The position numbers and the translations under genes were made by a program. DNA of 64,000 nt from the NCBI GenBank assembly GCA_046757565.1, contig JBHHYN010000003.1, forward strand, positions 4,009 through 68,008, in the 5' to 3' direction. Under the pieces are notes generated by a model. That model saw nothing but the letters and a program-made list of their open reading frames with translations, made no database searches and had not been told where the DNA came from. Below are positions 28,716-37,896 of the stretch, piece by piece; the first letter of the stretch is position 1; each line of letters opens with the position of its first letter. The stretch is from Gammaproteobacteria bacterium. GTDB taxonomy: Bacteria > Pseudomonadota > Gammaproteobacteria > Eutrophobiales > Eutrophobiaceae.

Positions 28716-31478
28716 TCAGTCATTCGCTGTTCGTGCCAGCTTAACCGCACAATATTTAAATTCCGGTATCTTGCCAACGGGATCCAGCGCCTCATTGGTC
28801 AGTAAGTTCGCTGCCGCCTCGTTATAGCAAAAGGCCATGAATACCAGACCTTTTTGCATGCCTGGATCTTCCCTCGCAATCACGCTAATCGCGCCCCGTT
28901 TCGATTCAATCCATACCTGATCCCCGGGCCTGGCGGGGATGCCGGCAAGATCGGCAGGGTGGAGACTGGCGACGGGAAGCGGTTCGATGGCATCCAGTAT
29001 ATTGCTGCGGCGGGTCATGCTGCCGGTATGCCAGTGTTCCAGCTGCCTCCCGGTTGTAAAAACAAATGGATAGTCTTCATCCGGCAATTCATCTGCATGC
29101 TGATAGTCAGCCGGGATAAACAGGCCGCGCCGGGAATCAGTCGGAAATCCGTCCGTGAATAATACCGCCTGGCCCTCATCGCCCTCATGCATTAACGGCA
29201 GGGTGAGTGAACCCTGTTCCTGCAGGCGCTCCCACGTCATCCCTCCCATGCTGGGTGTAACCGAGCGCATTTCATCGAATACGTCCCGGACCTCGGGGTA
29301 ATGCCAGTCAAGACCCAGGCGTTTGGCCATCTCCTGAATGATCCAGAGGTCCTGTCTGGCCTCCCCGGGCGGATCGATTGCCTGGCGTCCCAGTTGCACC
29401 CGGCGGTCGGTATTAGTGAACGTTCCGGTCTTCTCGGGAAAGGCCGAGGCAGGCAGAATGACGTCGGCGTAACCGGCCGTTTCCGTGAAGAAGATATCCT
29501 GAACGACGAGATGATCCAGTTTGGCGAGGGCCTGCCGGGAGTGGTTCAGGTTGGGATCCGACATGGCCGGATTTTCCCCCATGATATACATGCCTTGCAT
29601 CGTGCCGTTGTGAATCGCATCCAGGATCTCGACCACCGTGAGACCGGGACGGGGATCCAGTGCCGGCGTGTTCCAGATTTTCTGAAACCTCACCCGTACC
29701 GCATCGTCGTCTACCGGCTGATAATCGGGATAGACCATGGGGATTAAACCGACGTCCGAGGCGCCCTGCACATTATTCTGGCCGCGAAGCGGATGCAGGC
29801 CGGTCCCGGGCCGTCCGATCTGGCCGGTCATCAAGGCCAGGGAGATCAGACAGCGCGCATTATCTGTGCCGTGTATGTGCTGGGAAATCCCCATCCCCCA
29901 GAAGATCATGGCGGCCCTGGATGTCGCATAAAGACGGGCTACCTTTCTTAACATTTCCGCGGGAATGCCGCAAATGGGAGCGACCTTCTCGGGGCTGTAT
30001 TTCTCAACGATCTGTTTCAGCGCCTCAAAGCCGTCGGTGTGTTGCTGTATGTACTGATCGTTATGCAGTCCCTCCTCAATAATGGTATGCATCAGGCCGT
30101 TGAGCAGCGGTACGTCCGTATCCGGGTGGAATTGCAGGAAAAAATCCGCGTGACGGGCCAGATCGGAGCGGCAGGGATCCATGACGATCAAGGTCTTGCC
30201 TGCCTTTGCGGCGTTTTTCATGAATGTGGCGGCAACGGGATGGTTCACAGTGGGTTTTGATCCGATTACGATGATCACTTCCGTATCGGCAACGTCCGCC
30301 ACAGGATTGGACACCGCCCCGGAGCCAATCGTCTCGAGTAGCGCGGCGACCGAGGAGGCGTGGCATAAACGGGTACAATGGTCGACATTATTCGTACCGA
30401 ATCCCGTCCTCACCAGTTTCTGAAACAGATAGGCCTCTTCATTACTGCCCTTGGCCGATCCAAAACCTGCCAGTGCCTGGGGACCGGCCTGGGCACGGAT
30501 CTCCTGTAAGCGTCCGGCTGCCAGATCCAGGGCCTCATCCCATGAGGCCTCGCGGAAGTAGTCTGGGATATCCCCTTTTGATAACAGTTGTGCCGTTTTC
30601 GCCATACCCTGTTTACGTATTAACGGCGTGGTCAACCGCTCCGGATGATGAACATAATCAAAACCAAAACGGCCCTTCACACATAACCTGCTGTGGTTGG
30701 AGGGGCCGTTCCGTCCATCGACGGAGAGGATCCTGTTCTCCTTGACCTTAAAGGTAACCAGGCAACCGACACCGCAGTAGGGGCAGACCGACTCCACTTC
30801 CCTGTCAGGGGCGGTGTTCATGTTGCTTTGGGCCGGCAGCAGGGCCCCGGTTGGACAGGCCTGCACACATTCTCCACAACTTACGCAGCTACTCAGCCCC
30901 ATGGCATCATCGATATCGAACACTATCCTGGCATGCTTGCCCCGGAAGGCGTAACCGATGACATCATTGACCTGCTCCTCACGGCAGGCCCGGACACAGC
31001 GGGTACATTGAATACAGGCGTCCAGGTTGACGGCAATGGCCGGGTTACTCAGGTCGGGCCGGGGTTGTTCCCGGGGAGGGAAACGGGGTGCACCGATGTG
31101 AAGCTTTTCGCACCACTCATTCAACTCGGAATTCGGAGTATAGGGAGAGGATGACTGCGCCGGCATCTCTGATTTGAGCAGTTCCAGCACCATTTTTTGG
31201 GAATGTAGTGCCCGCTCGCTGTGGCTGTGGACCTGCATGCCGGTACTGGGCATGCGCGAGCAGGCCGGTGCGAGCGCACGCTCTCCCTCGATCTCAACCA
31301 TGCACGCCCGGCAGTTTCCATCGGGGCGGTAGCCCTCCTGATAACAGAGGTAGGGGATTTCTATGCCGAGCCGCCTGGCGCAGTGTAACAGGGTCTCGCC
31401 CGGGAGGGCATTTATCTGCTGGTCGTTAAAACTGAAAGGGATGCTATCTTCATAAAGGCTATCAGGATTGGCCGCCAC
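28716..31478 (-). CDS. fdsA: NAD-dependent formate dehydrogenase alpha subunit (FdsA-type molybdoenzyme with a NuoG-like N-terminus)
   Basis: N-terminal 2Fe-2S and 4Fe-4S cysteine clusters, then a molybdopterin oxidoreductase domain with the Cys in HASSVAAL; 920 aa. Confidence 0.85.
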   Translation of the reverse strand: MAANPDSLYEDSIPFSFNDQQINALPGETLLHCARRLGIEIPYLCYQEGYRPDGNCRACMVEIEGERALAPACSRMPSTGMQVHSHSERALHSQKMVLELLKSEMPAQSSSPYTPNSELNEWCEKLHIGAPRFPPREQPRPDLSNPAIAVNLDACIQCTRCVRACREEQVNDVIGYAFRGKHARIVFDIDDAMGLSSCVSCGECVQACPTGALLPAQSNMNTAPDREVESVCPYCGVGCLVTFKVKENRILSVDGRNGPSNHSRLCVKGRFGFDYVHHPERLTTPLIRKQGMAKTAQLLSKGDIPDYFREASWDEALDLAAGRLQEIRAQAGPQALAGFGSAKGSNEEAYLFQKLVRTGFGTNNVDHCTRLCHASSVAALLETIGSGAVSNPVADVADTEVIIVIGSKPTVNHPVAATFMKNAAKAGKTLIVMDPCRSDLARHADFFLQFHPDTDVPLLNGLMHTIIEEGLHNDQYIQQHTDGFEALKQIVEKYSPEKVAPICGIPAEMLRKVARLYATSRAAMIFWGMGISQHIHGTDNARCLISLALMTGQIGRPGTGLHPLRGQNNVQGASDVGLIPMVYPDYQPVDDDAVRVRFQKIWNTPALDPRPGLTVVEILDAIHNGTMQGMYIMGENPAMSDPNLNHSRQALAKLDHLVVQDIFFTETAGYADVILPASAFPEKTGTFTNTDRRVQLGRQAIDPPGEARQDLWIIQEMAKRLGLDWHYPEVRDVFDEMRSVTPSMGGMTWERLQEQGSLTLPLMHEGDEGQAVLFTDGFPTDSRRGLFIPADYQHADELPDEDYPFVFTTGRQLEHWHTGSMTRRSNILDAIEPLPVASLHPADLAGIPARPGDQVWIESKRGAISVIAREDPGMQKGLVFMAFCYNEAAANLLTNEALDPVGKIPEFKYCAVKLARTAND

Positions 31479-33084
31479 TCTGGAATTCCTCCGAAAAGTA
31501 TTTTATGGCACAACGTAACGGATTAGGGGCCGATTGCCCCAAACCGCAGATGGAAGCATCACTCATTGCCATCGCCAACTCTTCGAGTAAGGATTGATCC
31601 CAAGTCTGTTGTTGCATCAAGTTTACTGCTTTTGTTGTCCCGACGCGACATGGCGTACACTGTCCGCAGGACTCATGTTCAAAAAAACGCATGCTGTTCA
31701 GGGCGGCGTCTTTCGCCCTGTCATGATCGGACAACACGATAATGGCGGCTGACCCGATAAAACAGCCATATTCGTTAAGTGTATCAAAATCCAACGGTAT
31801 GTCTCCCATGGAGGCGGGTAATAGGCCACCTGAAGCGCCACCGGGGAAATAGCCATAAAATTCATGACCGGGTAACATACCGCCACAATATTCGTCGATC
31901 AATTCGCGTACGGTAATTCCCGCCGGGGCAAGATGGACCCCGGGGTTCTGAATGCGGCCGCTGACAGAAAATGAGCGAAGACCGTGTCTGCCATGCCGGC
32001 CATGGGAGGTAAACCAGCCTGCCCCTTTTTCAATCAGGTCGCGAATCCAATGCAGGGTTTCCATATTATGTTCCAGTGTCGGGCGGCCGAACAGTCCCAC
32101 TTCCGCCACATAGGGGGGACGCAGGCGCGGCATCCCGCGTTTTCCCTCAATGGATTCGATCATGGCCGATTCTTCACCGCATATATAGGCGCCGGCGCCG
32201 CGGCGCAGATGGATGGGCGCCACGGCGCAGGGTGGATTGGCTTGCAGGGCAGCCAGTTCCTGCTGCAATATCCGGCGGCAGCCGGCATATTCATCGCGTA
32301 AATAGAGGTAGATCTCCTCCGCCTCGATGGCCCAGGCCGCGATCAACGCACCTTCCAGAAAGCGGTGAGGGTCCCGTTCCAGGTAATAGCGGTCCTTAAA
32401 GGTACCGGGTTCCCCCTCATCGATATTCACTGCAATCAACCTGGGTTTTTGCTGTTGGCGCAGGATCTCCCATTTTACCCCGGCGGGAAAACCGGCCCCC
32501 CCGAGACCACGTAGCCTGGAATCCTTCAGGACACCGATGATGGAATCGGCTGTATGGGTTCCTGCATGACACCCCTGCAATAATGTGTAGCCGCCTGTTG
32601 CGGTATATTGCTCATAGTTTATGTATTCACCGGGAGAGGCTTCAATCTCATTATTTTCAATAGCCTTACTAATGCTTTCCAAACTGGCGTCCTCGATGGG
32701 ATGGGTGCCGACGACGGCCACCGGCGCGCTGTGACAGCGACCGACACAAGGTACAGTCTGAATACGGATATTGCCGTTCAGACCTGCTTTCAATGCCTTG
32801 ATTAAGGATTGCGCCCCGAACATTTCGCAGCTGACGGAGTCGCACACCCGGACAGTTAATTCCGGAGCCGTGGTATTTTTTTCTTTCACTACGTCAAAGT
32901 GGTGGTAAAAGGTGGCGACTTCGTAGACCTCTGTGGTGGCCAGTTTCAATTCTTCCGAAAGCGCTGCGATATGCTCTGCGGATATCTGATGATATTTGTC
33001 CTGAATCCGATGCAGGAACTCAATTAACAGATCACGCCGTCTGGGCGCCTTACCCAGTAAATTGTTGACTTGCTGCAGCGCCAT
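31462..33084 (-). CDS. fdsB: Formate dehydrogenase fused gamma-beta subunit (NuoE-like 2Fe-2S plus NuoF-like FMN/NAD/4Fe-4S)
   Basis: A NuoE-like segment (CDSVSC...PCVGRCHSAP) is continuous with a NuoF-like segment (GLGGAGFP, ESCGQCTPCR). The start was chosen at MALQQ (33084), because the first 83 codons of the ORF-track frame would overlap fhcC. Confidence 0.75.
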   Translation of the reverse strand: MALQQVNNLLGKAPRRRDLLIEFLHRIQDKYHQISAEHIAALSEELKLATTEVYEVATFYHHFDVVKEKNTTAPELTVRVCDSVSCEMFGAQSLIKALKAGLNGNIRIQTVPCVGRCHSAPVAVVGTHPIEDASLESISKAIENNEIEASPGEYINYEQYTATGGYTLLQGCHAGTHTADSIIGVLKDSRLRGLGGAGFPAGVKWEILRQQQKPRLIAVNIDEGEPGTFKDRYYLERDPHRFLEGALIAAWAIEAEEIYLYLRDEYAGCRRILQQELAALQANPPCAVAPIHLRRGAGAYICGEESAMIESIEGKRGMPRLRPPYVAEVGLFGRPTLEHNMETLHWIRDLIEKGAGWFTSHGRHGRHGLRSFSVSGRIQNPGVHLAPAGITVRELIDEYCGGMLPGHEFYGYFPGGASGGLLPASMGDIPLDFDTLNEYGCFIGSAAIIVLSDHDRAKDAALNSMRFFEHESCGQCTPCRVGTTKAVNLMQQQTWDQSLLEELAMAMSDASICGLGQSAPNPLRCAIKYFSEEFQSGGQS

Positions 33085-33164
33085 CGGATCGACCTGTCTG
33101 CCGCGTAACTGGTTGCGCTTTTTCTGTCCGATTGCTGTTTTTTGTGTGCTTATGTCCACGATTG

Positions 33165-33986
33165 TTATACACCACTTATCATGATTAAAATTTCCCCCTT
33201 GCCATCCACTGAAATGTCCCCGGCATAGCGCTGTACCTCGGGCCCAAATTCCCTGAAAAATCTGAAGCGCCTGCCCATGCCGGCGATCTGCTTGTAGAAG
33301 AGCCTCAGGAACTCCATCTTGAGCTTCCCGCAACTGCTGAATGCCGGGGACAGTTTCAATGGTCTTTTCCCGAGAACAATCGTCCCGCGCTTCATGCCAT
33401 AACCGGCATGATTATCAGTTCTCCCGAGAACCACTATGGTCCCGGCTATCATGCGGCTGCCGGTGTAGGATCCGGCCTGGCCGAGGACGATGATCATCCC
33501 CCGGCGCATGCGATCCCCCGTCCGGTCACCGGCATTGCCCTCTATCGTGACAGCTCCACCCGACATGCCATGTGCCTTATGCACCAGGGCCGCACCGGTA
33601 AAATTACCGGCGTCACCGGAAATAGCTATTCTGCCGCCCGACATGCCGGTTGCAGTCCAGTCCCCGGCATCGCCCTGAACGTTAATCCGGCCGCCGCTCA
33701 TATCCTCGCCGAGGTAATCGCCGGCATGGCCCCGTACCTCTATGATACCACGGCTCATATCATGACCGATGCGGGACAAGCCCCCGGAACAACGGCGTAA
33801 CTGGATAAATTCGGAATCTTCGCCAGTCACATCGAACAACTCTCTGACGGCAATGCGGTGTCCACCCGCGTTCAGTTTGACAGCCCGGATAGCGTTAATG
33901 TTCCGTCCCGCCAGCTTGTCAGGCGTCAACGGGGAGAGATCGATGTTACCATCCGTCCTTTTTTTGAGAGTAAATACCAAGGGCAT
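33165..33986 (-). CDS. fhcC: Formyltransferase/hydrolase complex subunit C (FwdC-like beta-helix)
   Basis: Glycine-rich GxxGxxxG beta-helix repeats typical of FwdC/FhcC. Its ATG overlaps the ftr stop (TAATG). Confidence 0.8.
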   Translation of the reverse strand: MPLVFTLKKRTDGNIDLSPLTPDKLAGRNINAIRAVKLNAGGHRIAVRELFDVTGEDSEFIQLRRCSGGLSRIGHDMSRGIIEVRGHAGDYLGEDMSGGRINVQGDAGDWTATGMSGGRIAISGDAGNFTGAALVHKAHGMSGGAVTIEGNAGDRTGDRMRRGMIIVLGQAGSYTGSRMIAGTIVVLGRTDNHAGYGMKRGTIVLGKRPLKLSPAFSSCGKLKMEFLRLFYKQIAGMGRRFRFFREFGPEVQRYAGDISVDGKGEILIMISGV

Positions 33987-34882
33987 TATTTTAATATGTC
34001 CCATAGATGGAAATGATAGGGACCCAGTTTGCCACCGAAATTACCGGCACTGATACGGTAGATACCCTTATCGGGACCATGCTGACACACAGCCATGACC
34101 CCCGCATACATGGCCTCCTTGATCGCCTCTTCATTCAGTCCGTCGATGACGATTTCCAGCACAGAGCCAATCTCGTCGGTCAGTTCGCTGTGGACCTGCC
34201 CTTTCAGGGTCGGGCAAAAGGCCTCATTGGTAGATGCCGGCATAAATTTATATTTGGCGCCGATTTTGGATCCTGAACCGACGATTCCGCCCGGAAAAGT
34301 CGTGACGGCGCCGTGGACCCTGCGAATCGCTTTAACGGCTTTTTCACAGGCACTCAGACCATGTCTGGAGGTCTTTGCCAGGACCAGAAAATTCCCTCCG
34401 CCGATGGCGGGGACGATCCCCGTCGTTTCCTCACAAAGAAATTCACCGTGCATCACCGGAATGCGCCAGTAACGGATGCCGTTTATCTTTTTCGATATCT
34501 GATAACCGTCACCGAAATATCTGAGGCTTTTCCCCAACGAGATCATGTGATCGCTATGACTGCCGGCAAAACAGGCGCTGGTTGCGGTGGTCATTACCGA
34601 TTGTCCCACACGTCTCTTTACCTGCTCCTGCAGTTGCGATGTCGACATGGCGAACATGATGACGGCGATTCCGGGCCGCCCGTCGGGCGTCTCATCGGGA
34701 TCGAGTTCACGCTCAATATCCGCTTCACAACCACAGGCGATGACCGAAGAGGCAAAGCCCGTCAACGAGTTTGCCGCCCGGTAGGCCCACTTTATGGTCA
34801 TGGCGGTAATGATGAGGCGCGTGGCCTTCATGGGGAAGGCCTCGGCGAAGCTGTTATCGATTTTTACGCCGTTGATTTCCAT
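33986..34882 (-). CDS. fhcD: Formylmethanofuran:tetrahydromethanopterin formyltransferase (Ftr/FhcD), copy 1
   Basis: 298 aa Ftr family protein, about half identical by eye to the second copy at 40566-41465. Confidence 0.8.
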   Translation of the reverse strand: MEINGVKIDNSFAEAFPMKATRLIITAMTIKWAYRAANSLTGFASSVIACGCEADIERELDPDETPDGRPGIAVIMFAMSTSQLQEQVKRRVGQSVMTTATSACFAGSHSDHMISLGKSLRYFGDGYQISKKINGIRYWRIPVMHGEFLCEETTGIVPAIGGGNFLVLAKTSRHGLSACEKAVKAIRRVHGAVTTFPGGIVGSGSKIGAKYKFMPASTNEAFCPTLKGQVHSELTDEIGSVLEIVIDGLNEEAIKEAMYAGVMAVCQHGPDKGIYRISAGNFGGKLGPYHFHLWDILK

Positions 34883-34887
34883 TGCTG

Positions 34888-36549
34888 TTACTTTTGATGG
34901 CAGGGGTGGACACTGATCGATTCCCTTCCATATCCCATTAACTCGTCATCACTGATTCTGAAATTCCCGGGAGTGACGGTGAGATAGCGGTTAAAGAACT
35001 GTTTCAGGTGATGTTCAATGCCGGGCTCATAATCAGGCTTGACGGTGTGGGTAATCCCGGCCGGCGTTCTTAACAATCTGCCGTTGCGTACTATTAATCC
35101 CCCGTTTTTAAAGACATATTCAGGCCGGGCAAACATCTTTTCCCGGTTTGCCATATCTTTATAAACAGTAATATCTGCGTTGGCGCCGGTGCCAAGATGC
35201 CCGCAGTCCCGCAGCCCCAGACTCTTTGCCGGTGCTGCACGTGTCATGATGGCAATCTCATATAAGGAATATTCCCGGTCGAGACCGCCAAGGGTGGTAA
35301 CGCTCTGCGCCTGTCTGTTGATGGAATGCAGCATGTCGTTACGAAATGATCGGTCCATTAACAGGCGGATCAGGTGGGGATAACTGGTGAACGGCGCGCC
35401 GTTTGGATGATCGGTAGTAAGAAAAATCCGCCAGGGATCATCAGCCATAAGAAAAATTTCGAGCCCGATACACCATTGCAAGGCATTCACAAAATTCCTG
35501 TCACGGTAGCGGAAAGGTACTACACCACAGCCGGCATCACACTCGATATCCATACTGACCCATTTTTTGGGGTGGGCATGCACACGACCCTTGAATTGCA
35601 TCATGGTGTCGCCGGAGGCAGTAACGGTCTGGCCGAACATTATTTGCCCCACATCCATGGAAATGGCGCTATTTTTATTGAATGCCTCGCTAATCTCCGC
35701 TGCGGCAGAGGAAAAGTTTTTATCGCCCTCGGTCCCATAACTGTGAAACTGGATATGGGTCAGATGCATCGGCACGCCGTCCACTGCCTGCATGGTTTCC
35801 AGGGTGGTTTTCATATTTCCGGGGACGCCCAGATTGCAACCGTGAACGTGTAACGGATGGGGCACGCCTAACGCCTGTAATGCCCGGCTGAGCGATGTCA
35901 GGATCATCCGCGGAGTTACCCCGTAGTAACTGTTCTTGTCATCCAGGTCCAGTTTGCGCTGGTTGAATTTAAAGGCATTAATGCCGCCGGGATTGACTAC
36001 TTTGATCCCGATTGCCTGGGTCGCATGCATGGTCCATGCAACATAGTCTTTGATAAGCTCCTGGTCTTCATTCCTGGCCAGCATGCGCAGCAGGAAATCA
36101 TCGTTGCCGAGCAGGGCGTAGGCGCCTGTATCGATGATAGGGATGTCAGCCATTTCCATGTGGGCCTGGCGGGCATTGCTTGGCAGCATGGCGGGTTCAA
36201 AGCAGGTGGTGTATCCCATTTCCGCGTAACGGTAGCCGGTGCTGAATGTAGATGGGGCAGCATGGCCGCATCCGGCTCTAGTGATATGCGTGCGCCGGAT
36301 TAAATTCGCCTGATGGTCCTCGGGAAGCAGCATCCTGGCAATATTAATCTTACCGCCACCGATATGGGTGTGGATATCGATAGCGCCGGCCATCACCACT
36401 CTGTCCGTCACATCGATGACTTTATCCGGCCCCCTGTTTTTGCCCGGTTTACGTACTATGCGGCCATCGCGGATATAGATATCACGCCGTTTACCGTTGA
36501 CCCCATGCATGGGGTCATACACTGTTCCACCCGCGAGTTTTATCAGCAT
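34888..36549 (-). CDS. fhcA: Formyltransferase/hydrolase complex subunit A (FwdA-like amidohydrolase)
   Basis: Amidohydrolase metal-binding motif IDIHTHIGGG; 553 aa. Confidence 0.85.
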   Translation of the reverse strand: MLIKLAGGTVYDPMHGVNGKRRDIYIRDGRIVRKPGKNRGPDKVIDVTDRVVMAGAIDIHTHIGGGKINIARMLLPEDHQANLIRRTHITRAGCGHAAPSTFSTGYRYAEMGYTTCFEPAMLPSNARQAHMEMADIPIIDTGAYALLGNDDFLLRMLARNEDQELIKDYVAWTMHATQAIGIKVVNPGGINAFKFNQRKLDLDDKNSYYGVTPRMILTSLSRALQALGVPHPLHVHGCNLGVPGNMKTTLETMQAVDGVPMHLTHIQFHSYGTEGDKNFSSAAAEISEAFNKNSAISMDVGQIMFGQTVTASGDTMMQFKGRVHAHPKKWVSMDIECDAGCGVVPFRYRDRNFVNALQWCIGLEIFLMADDPWRIFLTTDHPNGAPFTSYPHLIRLLMDRSFRNDMLHSINRQAQSVTTLGGLDREYSLYEIAIMTRAAPAKSLGLRDCGHLGTGANADITVYKDMANREKMFARPEYVFKNGGLIVRNGRLLRTPAGITHTVKPDYEPGIEHHLKQFFNRYLTVTPGNFRISDDELMGYGRESISVHPCHQK

Positions 36550-36553
36550 GCGT

Positions 36554-37828
36554 TTACAGGGATTGATGGATTCTGGTCAGTATATCGCTGACGCTGTGTC
36601 TCCCTGTCTGCCGGATTTTTTTCAACGGCAGACAGACGACGTTGTCGGTACGAAACAGGTTCCCCACATGGTCCAGTCCGGGTGTGGCAATGGGGATATA
36701 CACCTCGGCATCGAGGGCGATCTTTTTCGATGGGCGTGTCAGCATGATGGCGGGAATATTTGTCTGAGGCGGTTGCAGTCCCTTATCGAAACTGGATATC
36801 CAGAGCAGGGCATCGGCCTCCGTTTTTCCCAGCACCGCCTTTTCCGAAAAATTATAGGGATCATATTCCGGGTAACCCTCTGTGTAACTGATCCGTGACG
36901 GGTATCCGCTTTGCCAGGTACAGACATTAACAAAAGAGGTTCCGCCGTTATCGCCCCCCAGCGCCAGGCCGGCACAACGGGACATCTGATTGAGTTCCTT
37001 GAGCAATTCGCAGATCGTCTGGATGGTTAATTCCGCATGGGGTTGCAGCAGTTCACCGGGTGCCCAGATGAACACCCCGTAGCTGGCTTGTTTGATACGT
37101 TCAGATACTCTCTTCAAGGCGCCCAGCTTCCTGCCGGTGATGGAATCCGATTTTATTTCGCAACCCTTTACCAGGGCGCGCAGTACAGCAACGGTTTCGC
37201 CCAGGGATTCGTCAGTGCAATGGATAACTGTCGCTTTTCCAGCGCCAGGATTCAACCCCGGTCGGGTTTTCAAATTATGCCCTAAATATATGATTTCCCG
37301 ATTATTTTTCTTTAAACCGGAGCATGAATACTGGTTCCATATAAAGCGTTCGAACAATCTCGGGAAATTAGAATTGCCATCGGTGCCTATGAAGACAATC
37401 ACATCGGCCCGGTTTTTAAGTTCTGCCAGGGTGGTCATAACCCATCCGCCGGATTGTAATGCCAGGGCGTTATTGATGGCCCCATCGGCATGACTGTGGT
37501 CGAGAATTGCGCCACTGGACTCAGCCAACAGCATCGCTGCGCGACTGCCGGAAACATCCGTGCCAAGACCGGTAATAATGGGTTGACGGGCATCGCGCAA
37601 TATTTCTGCGGCATGTGTGACGGCTTCATCCAGCGAGGTTTGTTTGCCGTGTATATGGGGAGGAACGTCAGAATCGGCAGTTTCAAAACCACGCACCGCC
37701 TTCGCGCAGCCATTACGTTTGACGGTGAGTTTACCGTCCCGATTCCTTAACACCAGGTCATCGCATAACAGACTACAGAAGGGACAGGTGACCTCTTCGA
37801 AGATTTTTGATTGACTGCTGGATGACAT
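36554..37828 (-). CDS. fhcB: Formyltransferase/hydrolase complex subunit B (FwdB-like, lacking the Mo/W-ligating cysteine)
   Basis: FwdB-like N-terminus (CPFCSLLCDD). The position that aligns to VCHGPS in the paralog reads LDHSHADG, so the cofactor-ligating Cys is absent. Confidence 0.8.
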   Translation of the reverse strand: MSSSSQSKIFEEVTCPFCSLLCDDLVLRNRDGKLTVKRNGCAKAVRGFETADSDVPPHIHGKQTSLDEAVTHAAEILRDARQPIITGLGTDVSGSRAAMLLAESSGAILDHSHADGAINNALALQSGGWVMTTLAELKNRADVIVFIGTDGNSNFPRLFERFIWNQYSCSGLKKNNREIIYLGHNLKTRPGLNPGAGKATVIHCTDESLGETVAVLRALVKGCEIKSDSITGRKLGALKRVSERIKQASYGVFIWAPGELLQPHAELTIQTICELLKELNQMSRCAGLALGGDNGGTSFVNVCTWQSGYPSRISYTEGYPEYDPYNFSEKAVLGKTEADALLWISSFDKGLQPPQTNIPAIMLTRPSKKIALDAEVYIPIATPGLDHVGNLFRTDNVVCLPLKKIRQTGRHSVSDILTRIHQSL

Positions 37829-37837
37829 AGAATCTCT

Positions 37838-37895
37838 GGTTCAGGGTTCAGGGTTCAGGGTTCAAGGTTGAACCTTGAACGTTGAACTTTGAACC
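37838..37895. repeat. Palindromic heptad array (GGTTCAG x3, GGTTCAA, GGTT | GAACCTT, GAACGTT, GAACTTT, GAACC) that fills the fpr-fhcB intercistronic gap exactly
   Basis: Seen directly. The two arms are imperfect reverse complements and would form a stem of about 26 bp between the fpr stop (37897) and the fhcB start (37828). Confidence 0.85.
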
Positions 37896-37896
37896 T

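Noticed and set aside
33085-33333. First 83 codons of the long ORF-track frame for the fused FdsG-FdsB gene
   Set aside because: The NuoE-like domain begins at MALQQ (33084). The upstream extension overlaps the 3' end of fhcC and has no protein-like conservation.
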